Positions 1-8,848 of a stretch of DNA of 57,085 nucleotides are shown in pieces. The notes beneath the pieces are model-generated. The model worked only from the letters and a program-made list of their open reading frames with translations, was not told the DNA's origin and ran no database searches. The DNA is from an uncultured Lentimicrobiaceae bacterium (GTDB taxonomy: Bacteria; Bacteroidota; Bacteroidia; Bacteroidales; F082). How positions within the stretch are numbered: the first letter of the stretch is position 1; each line of letters begins with the position of its first letter. Location of the stretch: assembly GCA_964473895.1 (NCBI GenBank), contig CAYYRE010000002.1, positions 1 to 57,085 of the forward strand, given 5' to 3'. The translations under genes were made by a program, and so were the position numbers.

Positions 1-63
1 GGTGGGGACAGACACCTGGTACCGACAAAATATATTTTGTTTTATAAGGTTTTGCATTTTCAT
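1..63 (-). CDS. Possible 5' end of a gene downstream of the ROK regulator, running off the window edge (MKMQNLIKQNIFCRYQVSVPT...)
   Basis: ATG at 63-61 lies 3 nt after the ROK stop and the frame is open to the window edge; too short to identify. Confidence 0.3.
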   Translation of the reverse strand, partial: MKMQNLIKQNIFCRYQVSVPT

Positions 64-66
64 TTT

Positions 67-1290
67 TTAACTCTCAAAAATTGTTTCCAGTAAACTGATC
101 ACATTACCCAATAAGCTGGATTCGCCGGCCAGCTCGCTCATAGTAATCTCCATATCTTCACGAATGATAGCAAAAGAGTATTGTTGTAGCCCTTGATTGA
201 CCGAGGTTATCAGGTAATTGCCTGCTTCAGCAAGACGCCCCGTTAGAATAATCATTTCGGGATTTAAAATTTGTACCAGCATGGCAACACCTTTGCCGAG
301 GTCAAAACCTACTTTTGAAATAATACTGATGGCAAATTGGTCACCGGCATGGGCTGCTTCGATAATGAGGCGGGGCGTGATATTTTCGGGTTTCCCTTTA
401 GCCATTTCTTTGATCATGGTCATTTCGCCTGCCTCAATGCCTTCGAGTGCATATCGCCGTAAAGCGACACCTGAACTTACCGTTTCAAGGCACCCGCGCA
501 TCCCGCAACTGCATAAATATCCTTTTTCGTCAACCATCGGGATGTGGGCAAATTCACCGGAAAAACCGTGGGCTCCGTAATAAGGTTTGCTGTTGAGTAT
601 CATGCCCATACCTACACCCCATCCGATTTGAATAACCAAAACATGTTTTTTTCCGACCGCTTTTCCAAACCGGAACTCTGCAAGTGCTTTGGCTTGAGCA
701 TCATTCTCAATTACAACGGGTTTTTTGAACATACGGCCGAAAATATCGGCAATAGGTTCATCAAAATTAAACAGGGTGTGGTTGATCCCTTTTTCCCGTT
801 CAATCAAACCCGGCATATCAATACCCACTCCTACAATGTGCTCCTCGTTTATTTTGGAGTCTTTAACCAGCTCCATAGCCGACCGGTAAATTGCCTCTAC
901 GGAGGACATGTCATTTTTAAGAAATATGGGAACTTCCCTTACGGGAATAACTTTTTTGTTGGCGCTGTCGAAAATGGTGAATTTCGAGGAATGTGTTCCG
1001 ATATCAATAGACAAAACATAAAAGGCTTTGCGACGAAGTCCGTAAAGGGTTGGCCTCCTTCCGCCTTTGGACGAACCAGCTCCTAAGGACTTGACGATAT
1101 TCCCTTCAATTAATTCGTCCAACAAGCCTTGTAAGGTGGGGGTGCTGACTTCCACATATTTTAGCATTTCTGCAATGCTCAATGCACCGTGCAGGTATAA
1201 CGTTCTTACAATCCGTTTTTTCTGAAAATGCTTTTTCAGCTCTACCCGCGTTAATTCGCTCAAAAAATCCCTGTGTTCAAAAAGAGGCAT
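67..1290 (-). CDS. ROK family transcriptional repressor (NagC/XylR-like)
   Basis: N-terminal wHTH with SSKGGRRP; ROK motifs GIDMPG, VIENDA, GFSGEFAH and Zn site CSCGMRGCLE. Start set at ATG 1290 (MPLFEH) because the upstream TTG extension overlaps the promoter. Confidence 0.93.
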   Translation of the reverse strand: MPLFEHRDFLSELTRVELKKHFQKKRIVRTLYLHGALSIAEMLKYVEVSTPTLQGLLDELIEGNIVKSLGAGSSKGGRRPTLYGLRRKAFYVLSIDIGTHSSKFTIFDSANKKVIPVREVPIFLKNDMSSVEAIYRSAMELVKDSKINEEHIVGVGIDMPGLIEREKGINHTLFNFDEPIADIFGRMFKKPVVIENDAQAKALAEFRFGKAVGKKHVLVIQIGWGVGMGMILNSKPYYGAHGFSGEFAHIPMVDEKGYLCSCGMRGCLETVSSGVALRRYALEGIEAGEMTMIKEMAKGKPENITPRLIIEAAHAGDQFAISIISKVGFDLGKGVAMLVQILNPEMIILTGRLAEAGNYLITSVNQGLQQYSFAIIREDMEITMSELAGESSLLGNVISLLETIFES

Positions 1291-1309
1291 AACATCATTT
1301 ATCAACAGG

Positions 1310-1369
1310 ACAAAGAAAGTAAAAAATTTATTAAAAGTCAAGAACTTTTTTAAATTTTTTAAAAAGTTC
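1310..1369. promoter_or_regulatory. Promoter/operator block copy 1 (ROK promoter with inverted repeat GAACTTTTT-N10-AAAAAGTTC)
   Basis: 52/59 ungapped identity to 8623-8681. Minus strand reads cTTG-N20-tttcTTTG, a Bacteroidota -33/-7 arrangement. Confidence 0.7.
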
Positions 1370-1370
1370 G

Positions 1371-1378
1371 TATCTTTG
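1371..1378 (+). promoter_or_regulatory. Bacteroidota sigma-A -7 box (TATCTTTG) for the 1404 gene
   Basis: Exact TAnnTTTG match 25 nt before ATG 1404. Confidence 0.7.
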
Positions 1379-1403
1379 CAGAATTAGGCTAAAACATACA
1401 AAA

Positions 1404-3194
1404 ATGAAAGAATTTTTAAAACTTGTTATTGTCCTTTTCTTTCTTGTTTCTTCTGCTTACCTATCGGGGCAAAATATGGTTTCTCCCAAACGTTACGATT
1501 GCCATTACCGGAAGGGAAATATCCGAATCGATGGTCAATTGGACGACCGGGCATGGCAAAATGTTTCATGGTCTGATAACTTTGTGGATATTGCTTCCGC
1601 AAAAACTGCTTCACGCAACCGGATGACCCGTATGAAAATGATATGGGACAGTACCCATCTTTATATTGCCGCCTGTCTTGTGGAAACCGACCTCACGGGC
1701 CGGTTGCGGCATCATGATGACACCATTTACCATGATAATGATTTTGAAGTTTTTATTGACCCCGATGGGGATGGAAAAAATTATTTTGAAATCGAAATCA
1801 ATACTTTGGGAACAGTGATGGATTTGTTTCTACCCAAACCATACAACGCGGGTGGCAGAGCCGATATGCAATGGGATGTGAAAGGTTTACAGACTGCGGT
1901 GGCCCGGTATGGAACACTAAACCATCCGGGTGATACCGATAGCCGGTGGACGGTGGAAATAGCCATCCCGTGGAAAGCTTTAAAAGGGCAACGCCCGCCG
2001 GCTGAAGGAGATGTTTGGCGGATGAATTTCTCAAGGGTGGAATGGCTTATGGACACAAGCAACGGGAAATATGTCAAACGAAAAAATCTTGCTACAGGAG
2101 AACTTTTGCCTGAAGAGAACTGGGTATGGTCTCCGCAAGGGGTGGTCAATATGCACATTCCTTCGCGGTGGGGATATGTCCGTTTTGATCATAATCCTGC
2201 TCCTGTTACGATTCCGAAAATTTGGGTCTGGTCACAGGCGCACAGGTCGTGGAACGACAACCATTGGTTTAATGTGTTGAGAAAACTTTCGCAGGCGGGT
2301 ATTACCGGGTTGTTGTTGTCGGCCGATACGGCCCAACTGCATAAAATAGTGCTGATGGCACAATGTTTCAATATGCAGGTACAGGCCTGGTATGTGACCA
2401 TGAACAACAGAAAAGCGCCGGCCCAATGGTTATCGGTAAATGCCCTCGGACAATCGTTGGCCCGGCAAAAAGCGTATGTGGATTATTATAAGTTTATGTG
2501 TCCGGCTTTGCCTGCGGTACGCCAATTTCTTCAGGAAAAAATGAAGGAACTGGGTTCGGTAAGGGGACTGTCCGGCATTCATTTCGATTATATCCGTTAT
2601 GTGGATGTAATATTGCCCAAAAAATTACAGCCCAAATATCATTTAAAACAAACGGACATTATGCCGCAGTTTGATTATGGATACCATCCCTATATGCGCA
2701 AAATATTCAAAGAAAAGTATGGTACGGATCCATTACATCTTCCTGACCCGTTGCACGACACCACTTGGCTTCATTTCCGGTTAAAAGTTTTGGATACCAC
2801 GGTGATTCAGCTTCGCAACGAGATTCGGAACATGGGGCTGGCGGTCAGTGCTGCGGTTTTTCCTACACCGGACATGTCGCGCCGTATGGTACGGCAAGAT
2901 TGGAGCCGGTGGCATTTGGATGAGTATTTCCCCATGGCATATCATAATTTTTACGGAAAAAAATATGCCTGGCTCAAAAGGGTTTCGGCAACAGACCGGC
3001 AGGCAGTGGGGGAACATGCCAAGATCTTTACCGGATTATTTCTTCCCGCATTGAAAAAAAGGCATCAACTTACCCGGGCCATGAAAGCCTCTCTGAAGGG
3101 TGGTGCCGATGGTATTGCCCTGTTTGATTTACGGGTGCTGGATGACCACTTGCTACGGCAGGTGGCGGCATTCCGGAGAAACCAGGGGTGGTAA
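1404..3194 (+). CDS. Secreted CBM9-like domain fused to GHL10 (DUF187-type) putative glycoside hydrolase
   Basis: Signal peptide; N-half IRIDGQLDD, DNDFEVFIDPDGD, WTVEIAIPW, WRMNFSRVEW (CBM9-like); C-half TIM barrel with GIHFDYIRY, SAAVFPTP, VRQDW, FPMAYH. Confidence 0.8.
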   Translation: MKEFLKLVIVLFFLVSSAYLSGQNMVSPKRYDCHYRKGNIRIDGQLDDRAWQNVSWSDNFVDIASAKTASRNRMTRMKMIWDSTHLYIAACLVETDLTGRLRHHDDTIYHDNDFEVFIDPDGDGKNYFEIEINTLGTVMDLFLPKPYNAGGRADMQWDVKGLQTAVARYGTLNHPGDTDSRWTVEIAIPWKALKGQRPPAEGDVWRMNFSRVEWLMDTSNGKYVKRKNLATGELLPEENWVWSPQGVVNMHIPSRWGYVRFDHNPAPVTIPKIWVWSQAHRSWNDNHWFNVLRKLSQAGITGLLLSADTAQLHKIVLMAQCFNMQVQAWYVTMNNRKAPAQWLSVNALGQSLARQKAYVDYYKFMCPALPAVRQFLQEKMKELGSVRGLSGIHFDYIRYVDVILPKKLQPKYHLKQTDIMPQFDYGYHPYMRKIFKEKYGTDPLHLPDPLHDTTWLHFRLKVLDTTVIQLRNEIRNMGLAVSAAVFPTPDMSRRMVRQDWSRWHLDEYFPMAYHNFYGKKYAWLKRVSATDRQAVGEHAKIFTGLFLPALKKRHQLTRAMKASLKGGADGIALFDLRVLDDHLLRQVAAFRRNQGW

Positions 3195-3476
3195 AGCACT
3201 TTTTTGCAATTGCCGGGAAATACAGCGATAAAAGATGTAGGTTACCTGTGATGGTTTTTATTTGGCTGCCCTGTTGAAGCGGAATAGGCGAAAAAAGGAT
3301 GATGATCCGGAAATTGCAGGACATCTTTTCCGTAGGATTTCCTCAAGTAGGAGGTCCATAAACCGTGGTTTTTCGCATACCGGCCCATGTTGTGAGACGA
3401 TGTTCCGGATGTCCGGAACAAGTGGTTTTGTTTTGACAAGCACAAATATTCACACGTTTTAGTCGCCACAGTTTGC

Positions 3477-3513
3477 AAAAAAAAAGAGAGCCGACCCCAT
3501 AGGGCCGGCTCCC
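3477..3513 (-). terminator. Intrinsic terminator after susD
   Basis: Minus strand GGGAGCCGGCCC-tatg-GGGTCGGCTCTC followed by U9. Confidence 0.85.
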
Positions 3514-3542
3514 GGAACAAATAAATCATCGAAGAGTTTACG

Positions 3543-5246
3543 TTATTTGGCCCACCAGAGTTTGGTTCCCTGGACATCGGGACCCTGTACGGCAATGGCT
3601 TTGTTCAGGTTGTCGCCGTTGTTGGCGTAGGCCTGAGTACCGTACCGCATGCGTTGCGGATAAACGCCGTTGTCATCACCCAAACCGAAGATATCCGGAT
3701 CGCTGACACCACGGGCCAGGGCGGAGGGATATCCCGATTTGCGCACGTCGGACCAGCCTTCAAAACCATCCGGATAGTTGGCCAGCCACATTTGTTGTGC
3801 AATTTTCTTTAACTGCTGGTCGGTTGTTCCGGTGAGCTGTCCCGCAGGACTTGCAAGGAAAGTACTGATGTCGCCATCGCTGACACCCCAGAGTTTCATG
3901 GCGTACCGTATGCCGTTCTGGTAAAAACTTTGGGCATCGCCCGTAGCCAAACCGCGCACTACCGCTTCAGCCCTCAGGAAATACGATTCGGCGGTGGTCA
4001 TAACCAGTTCGGGGAAAATATCTTTTCCTTGGTTTTTCTTCTGGATGATAACCTCGGCCGGTGTGGAGAAAAAGTCGTAATTCACAAACGGTTTAATTTT
4101 TGAATTGAACCGGGAAGGCTGTCCAATGTAATATTTGTTTGAAGGAATGGATATTTTGACACTGTCTCCCCAGTCGGTAAAGGTCATGTCGCCACCCGTA
4201 GCCGGTTTCCATACACTGTCTACGAGGTACTTGATTCTTTTGGGGAAATTGTCGTAACCTTCAGGGTTGCCCGACTGTTTGGGGCGATAGTAAACCACCG
4301 TTCCACCGGGAGCCGGTTTGGCGTATTGTGCCAAACGGGGATCGTTGTTTTTGGCCAACAGGTCGATGACCGCTTTTCCTACGGTCCATTTGGACCCATG
4401 TCCACCGAAATTGTACCAGATATCACCGTAACAGGCACTGGCCCACTGGGTAATTTCGTTGTCTTTGGGGATCAGGGCGTTGTCGTTTTCATCCACCGGG
4501 AGCGGTCCCTGCATGGCTTTGGTAATCACATTGTTGACCCAATCGGCTCCGGAAGCACCGTAAGCTCTCAGGGCAAGGCGTAGTTTTAGGGCATTGGCCA
4601 TTTTTTTCCATTTTTGCAGGTCGCCGTGGAAAATAATGTCATTTTCACCCAAATCATTTACCCCGTCACCGGTTTTGGTGTTATCGGCAATGGTGTCAAT
4701 GGCCTTGTCGAGCATGGCAATCAGCCCCTGATAGATGGTGTTTTGATCATCAAATTTGGGCAGGGGAATGTCCGGATTACCGGCTTCCGTAAAAGGCACC
4801 ATCCCGAAAAGGTCTGTAAAACGTTGGTAGTACAGGGCTTTGATGATTTCGCCCACAGCATACATTTTACCGTTTTCGAAATCGCCTCCGGGACCACACA
4901 ATTTCATAAAGTTATCAATTTGGCTGAAATAGCCTGACATCCAACCCCAGGTGGCATCGGTGTACGAAGAGGAATATTTGTATCCCAGTTCATCGCTCCA
5001 CCAGCAATGGTCGAATCCGAAGGTAAAGTATCCGGCATAGCGGTCGGCGTGAATGAGGTTGGCCCTCCAGTAGGCGTACCGGCTCGGGGCAAACAATTCG
5101 AACTCCGGGTTGGTAATGAAGTAACGTGCACTTGCTTCATCAGGTGTAATGGCATTGGGGTCCTGATTGATTTCGGTAAAATCTTTGGTACAGGCTCCCA
5201 ATACAAGCAAGAGGATAAATGGTATAATAAATTTTAATGTTTTCAT
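3543..5246 (-). CDS. susD: SusD/RagB family glycan-binding lipoprotein
   Basis: Lipobox LGAC then TKDF; FTDLFGMVPFTEA, WKKMANALKLRLALR, PQRMRY, KLWWAK; directly downstream of susC. Confidence 0.93.
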   Translation of the reverse strand: MKTLKFIIPFILLLVLGACTKDFTEINQDPNAITPDEASARYFITNPEFELFAPSRYAYWRANLIHADRYAGYFTFGFDHCWWSDELGYKYSSSYTDATWGWMSGYFSQIDNFMKLCGPGGDFENGKMYAVGEIIKALYYQRFTDLFGMVPFTEAGNPDIPLPKFDDQNTIYQGLIAMLDKAIDTIADNTKTGDGVNDLGENDIIFHGDLQKWKKMANALKLRLALRAYGASGADWVNNVITKAMQGPLPVDENDNALIPKDNEITQWASACYGDIWYNFGGHGSKWTVGKAVIDLLAKNNDPRLAQYAKPAPGGTVVYYRPKQSGNPEGYDNFPKRIKYLVDSVWKPATGGDMTFTDWGDSVKISIPSNKYYIGQPSRFNSKIKPFVNYDFFSTPAEVIIQKKNQGKDIFPELVMTTAESYFLRAEAVVRGLATGDAQSFYQNGIRYAMKLWGVSDGDISTFLASPAGQLTGTTDQQLKKIAQQMWLANYPDGFEGWSDVRKSGYPSALARGVSDPDIFGLGDDNGVYPQRMRYGTQAYANNGDNLNKAIAVQGPDVQGTKLWWAK

Positions 5247-5264
5247 CTTTCGTCTGTTTTATAA

Positions 5265-8200
5265 TTAGAATTTTACATAAATATTAAATCCAAGGCTCCG
5301 TGTGGTAGGAGGGGTAAAGTATAGCATCCCCTGGGCGTAGTTGCTGGTACTGTAGCTTGAAATAGGATCGAAGTTGTCCATTTTCTTATAGAGGAAAGCC
5401 AGATTTCTCCCCACAAATCCAACGGAAACATCTTTAAAGAAATGATTCCCGAGGAAGGATTTGGGCAAATGATAAATAAGCGATACCTCACGCAGCATAA
5501 CGAAAGACTGGCTGTAAACGTAGTTGGAGGCAATTCCTGAAACAGCACCCCAATATTGTTCACCGGTGATTTTTGTGGTATTTTTCTCCCATACCGGATT
5601 GTCAGGTGTTCCACTGTTGTAAACTGCATCCAGTGTAACGCCATCGCGGTATTTCAAAGTCCGGTCGGAAACGCCGTGGGCATCCAGCGAAGCATCGGTA
5701 CCCGAATACAAGTCGCCGCCCATGCGGAAGTCAAGCAATACATTTAAAGTAAGGTTCTTATAGCTTAAAACGTTGGTCATGCCTCCTGTCCAGTCGGGTT
5801 GGTAATTGCCGAGATAAACTTTTTTGCTGGTAGCGAGCGGACGACCCTGTGCATCAACAACCAGACGGCCATCGGGTGTGCGTTGCCAGTCGGTTCCGTA
5901 CAAATCACCGTATCCGCCGCCAACGGTGGCCTGGACAATGATGTTCCCCGAATTGTTGACACTGAAAACATAATTGTCAACACCTTTGATAAGCGAAACC
6001 AGTTTGTTTTTGTTGTGGGCAAAGTTTGTCGAAACTTCCCAGCGGAAATTTTTGGTGGTAACAGGAAAACCGCCGAGGGTAAACTCAATCCCTTTGTTGG
6101 TCATTTCACCCACATTACTCCGGAAATAACTGTAGCCGGTAGAGGAGGAAACCGGAACGTCCATAATCAGGTCTTTAGATTTAATATTGTAAATGGAAAA
6201 GTCTCCGTAAAGTTTTCCTTTGAACATTTTAAAATCCAGTCCGAATTCGGTGGAAATGGTTTGTTCAGGTTTCAGGTCCGGATTCATCTTAACGCTGGGT
6301 CTTGTCAGTGTGGTCAGTCCGAGATATCCGTTTTGACTAAGATCATAGGTGATCCCCAGCTGATAAGGGCCTGTGTCGCCCCCTACCTGTGCCCAACTGC
6401 CTCTGACTTTCAGCATGTCAAGCATTTTTGCATCGGGGTCGATAAACTTATTAAGCAATACCGATAAGCTGGCCGAAGGATAAAAATAAGACCAGTTATT
6501 TTCGGGCAGGGTGGATGACCAATCGTTTCTGCCGGTCAAGTCAAGATAAATAAAATGGGCATAAGAAAGAGAAACCGAACCATACAGCGAGTTGACTTTT
6601 TTAATTTCTTCCGGTTGGTAATGTGGTTTCAGTGTTTTGGCACCATCCACAATGGGTTTGGTGGGGATTTTAAAGTCGTATCCATAGATGCCCATGTATT
6701 CGTAGGTGTCTTTCCGGGCATTTCCGCCGAAGTTGGCCGAAATGTGGAAATCTTTGGTGATGTCTTTGTCCAAGATGAACAGAAAATCAGCATTGGTTTC
6801 GGAGGTGTTGTATTTCCGGTAATTGAACTGGCCTGTGCTGAAATACCAGTGTCCATATTGGTTGACCGTATTGATTTTTTGCAGCAGGAAGTCTGTTCCG
6901 ATACGGACAAAAGCCGAAAGCCAGGGAGTAAACTGATAGCTCACTTTTCCAAATCCGATAAAACGGTTCCTTGTGTCTTGGTTCACATCGTGATATTGAA
7001 TCCAATAAGGGTTGCCGCCGCTGGTGGTATAAGTACGTACCGAATAATCGGGATTTTGATAGTCTTTCAGGTCGTTGATGTCAATGTTTCTCGGAATGTT
7101 GTAAACATAGGCCATCAAGCCTTCGGTTCCCATTTCGGGCCGGTGGTCGGCTGTTTGAATAAGGTAGGTGGCTTTGGCATCAACGGATAATTTATCCGTT
7201 AAATGGGAGTTGACACGCAAATCGAAATGGTTTTTTTTCAAGAGTTCGTTGGGGACAATGCCCGTGGAGTGATTGTTGGTATAAGAAAACCGGAAATTGT
7301 ACTTGTCACTTCCTCCCGTAAATGCCAACGTATTGACCAGTTCGGCGCCTGTTTGGAAAAAGTTCTTTACATTATTGGGTTGAGCTACATAAGGCCGTTT
7401 TTCCCCGGTCCAGTAAAGCTGGTCGGTACCATCCATTTTTGCTCCCCATGAGCCGGAGTGGTTTTTCAATTCGTTGACATCGTGATAAATGTTGCCATCT
7501 GAACCTTGTCCGTATTCATTTTGGTAATGGGGTAACAGGAGGGGATTCGAGAACATGGTGGAGCTGGTAAACGAAACACCAAGGCCTTTTTGTGCTTTTC
7601 CTTTTTTGGTGGTTATGAGTACCACCCCGTTGGAAGCACGTGATCCGTACAAAGCAGCAGCATTCGGCCCTTTCAGGATGGTAATGGAAGCAATGTCATC
7701 CGGATTGATATCCGAAATACCCGTTCCGTAGTCGGCACGGCGGTAATTGGCTTTTCCTGCTCCGTTGGCTGTTCCAAATCCTGAATTGCTGATGGGGATA
7801 CCATCCACCACGTACAAAGGTTGGTTATTTCCGGTGAGGGTATTGTTCCCGCGGATGATTACACGGGTACCTCCCCCCGGTCCGGTAGGCGATTCAGTAA
7901 TGACAGCACCCGCTACACGGCCTGAAAGGGTGTTAATTACATTATTGGTTTTAACCGTGGCAATGTCTTTTCCTCCCAACTGGGTTACAGCATAACCCAA
8001 GGCTTTCTTTTCTCTTGAAATACCGAGTGCGGTTACCACCACCTGGTTTAACGCCAAGGCCGTGGGTTTTAACGAAACATTGATGGTGCTTCTTCCGTTA
8101 ATGGGAACTTCCTGGGTTTTCATGCCGACAAACGAAAATACCAATGTGGTGGCTTTGCTGCTCACCTGCAATTGATACTTTCCGTTGGCATCGGTTACTG

Positions 8201-8357
8201 TTCCGTTGGTGGTGCCTTTGACAAGGACGGTAACACCGGGTATCGGAGACCCGTCATCTGCACTGGTTACCGTACCTTTAACGGTTTTTGTTTGAGCAAC
8301 GGCAAAATGTAGCCCTGCAAACAACAAAAACACGAGTAACAATGTAATTTTTCTCAT
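5265..8357 (-). CDS. susC: SusC/RagA TonB-dependent transporter
   Basis: Signal peptide, N-terminal extension, VVVTALG, PLYVVDGIP, LKGPNAAALYGSRASNGV, C-terminal F. Confidence 0.96.
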   Translation of the reverse strand: MRKITLLLVFLLFAGLHFAVAQTKTVKGTVTSADDGSPIPGVTVLVKGTTNGTVTDANGKYQLQVSSKATTLVFSFVGMKTQEVPINGRSTINVSLKPTALALNQVVVTALGISREKKALGYAVTQLGGKDIATVKTNNVINTLSGRVAGAVITESPTGPGGGTRVIIRGNNTLTGNNQPLYVVDGIPISNSGFGTANGAGKANYRRADYGTGISDINPDDIASITILKGPNAAALYGSRASNGVVLITTKKGKAQKGLGVSFTSSTMFSNPLLLPHYQNEYGQGSDGNIYHDVNELKNHSGSWGAKMDGTDQLYWTGEKRPYVAQPNNVKNFFQTGAELVNTLAFTGGSDKYNFRFSYTNNHSTGIVPNELLKKNHFDLRVNSHLTDKLSVDAKATYLIQTADHRPEMGTEGLMAYVYNIPRNIDINDLKDYQNPDYSVRTYTTSGGNPYWIQYHDVNQDTRNRFIGFGKVSYQFTPWLSAFVRIGTDFLLQKINTVNQYGHWYFSTGQFNYRKYNTSETNADFLFILDKDITKDFHISANFGGNARKDTYEYMGIYGYDFKIPTKPIVDGAKTLKPHYQPEEIKKVNSLYGSVSLSYAHFIYLDLTGRNDWSSTLPENNWSYFYPSASLSVLLNKFIDPDAKMLDMLKVRGSWAQVGGDTGPYQLGITYDLSQNGYLGLTTLTRPSVKMNPDLKPEQTISTEFGLDFKMFKGKLYGDFSIYNIKSKDLIMDVPVSSSTGYSYFRSNVGEMTNKGIEFTLGGFPVTTKNFRWEVSTNFAHNKNKLVSLIKGVDNYVFSVNNSGNIIVQATVGGGYGDLYGTDWQRTPDGRLVVDAQGRPLATSKKVYLGNYQPDWTGGMTNVLSYKNLTLNVLLDFRMGGDLYSGTDASLDAHGVSDRTLKYRDGVTLDAVYNSGTPDNPVWEKNTTKITGEQYWGAVSGIASNYVYSQSFVMLREVSLIYHLPKSFLGNHFFKDVSVGFVGRNLAFLYKKMDNFDPISSYSTSNYAQGMLYFTPPTTRSLGFNIYVKF

Positions 8358-8622
8358 AATAACGATTTTTTGGTGATTAAAATAATTGGGTTTGTTTCAA
8401 AATTTCCATGATAAATGTATTGGTGTGTCTAATGGTTTTTGTGAATGATTTTATTTGTCATTTTCTAAAAGCTGATTTTCTTTTCCGGATAGAAAGAAAT
8501 TCCATGAGGGTATGAGCTTTCCATGCGATGCGTAAAGGATTTTGCCGGAAAAGATGGTGGCTTTCTCCTGGAATATTTTTCAACTTTATAGTTTGCATAA
8601 CAATATTATTGATATAAGCAGT

Positions 8623-8681
8623 ACAAAGTAAGTTAAATTTTTATTAAAAGTCAAGAACTTTTTAAAAATTTTTTAAAAGTT
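8623..8681. promoter_or_regulatory. Promoter/operator block copy 2 (susC promoter with inverted repeat AACTTTT-N12-AAAAGTT)
   Basis: Near-identical to 1310-1368; minus strand cTTG-N20-ttacTTTG. Confidence 0.7.
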
Positions 8682-8774
8682 TTTTTAAAATGTTCTTGTT
8701 GAGCTGATGAAGTACATTGTAATAAATTTCTATGGTCTGCTTTTTCACTGTTTTTCGATGTGCTAAAATTCATT

Positions 8775-8782
8775 TACCTTTG
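8775..8782 (+). promoter_or_regulatory. -7 box TACCTTTG for the GH2 gene
   Basis: TAnnTTTG match upstream of ATG 8849. Confidence 0.55.
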
Positions 8783-8848
8783 TTAGGTGAAGGTGAAATG
8801 TTTCTTCCGTTTTTTTCTTCCTCTTTGCATTAGAAAAGTTATGTAAAA

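Noticed and set aside
8540-8553. CTTTTCCGGCAAAA shared by the susC uORF and the met leader
   Set aside because: TTCCGG-containing words are very common in this sequence and the reading frames differ
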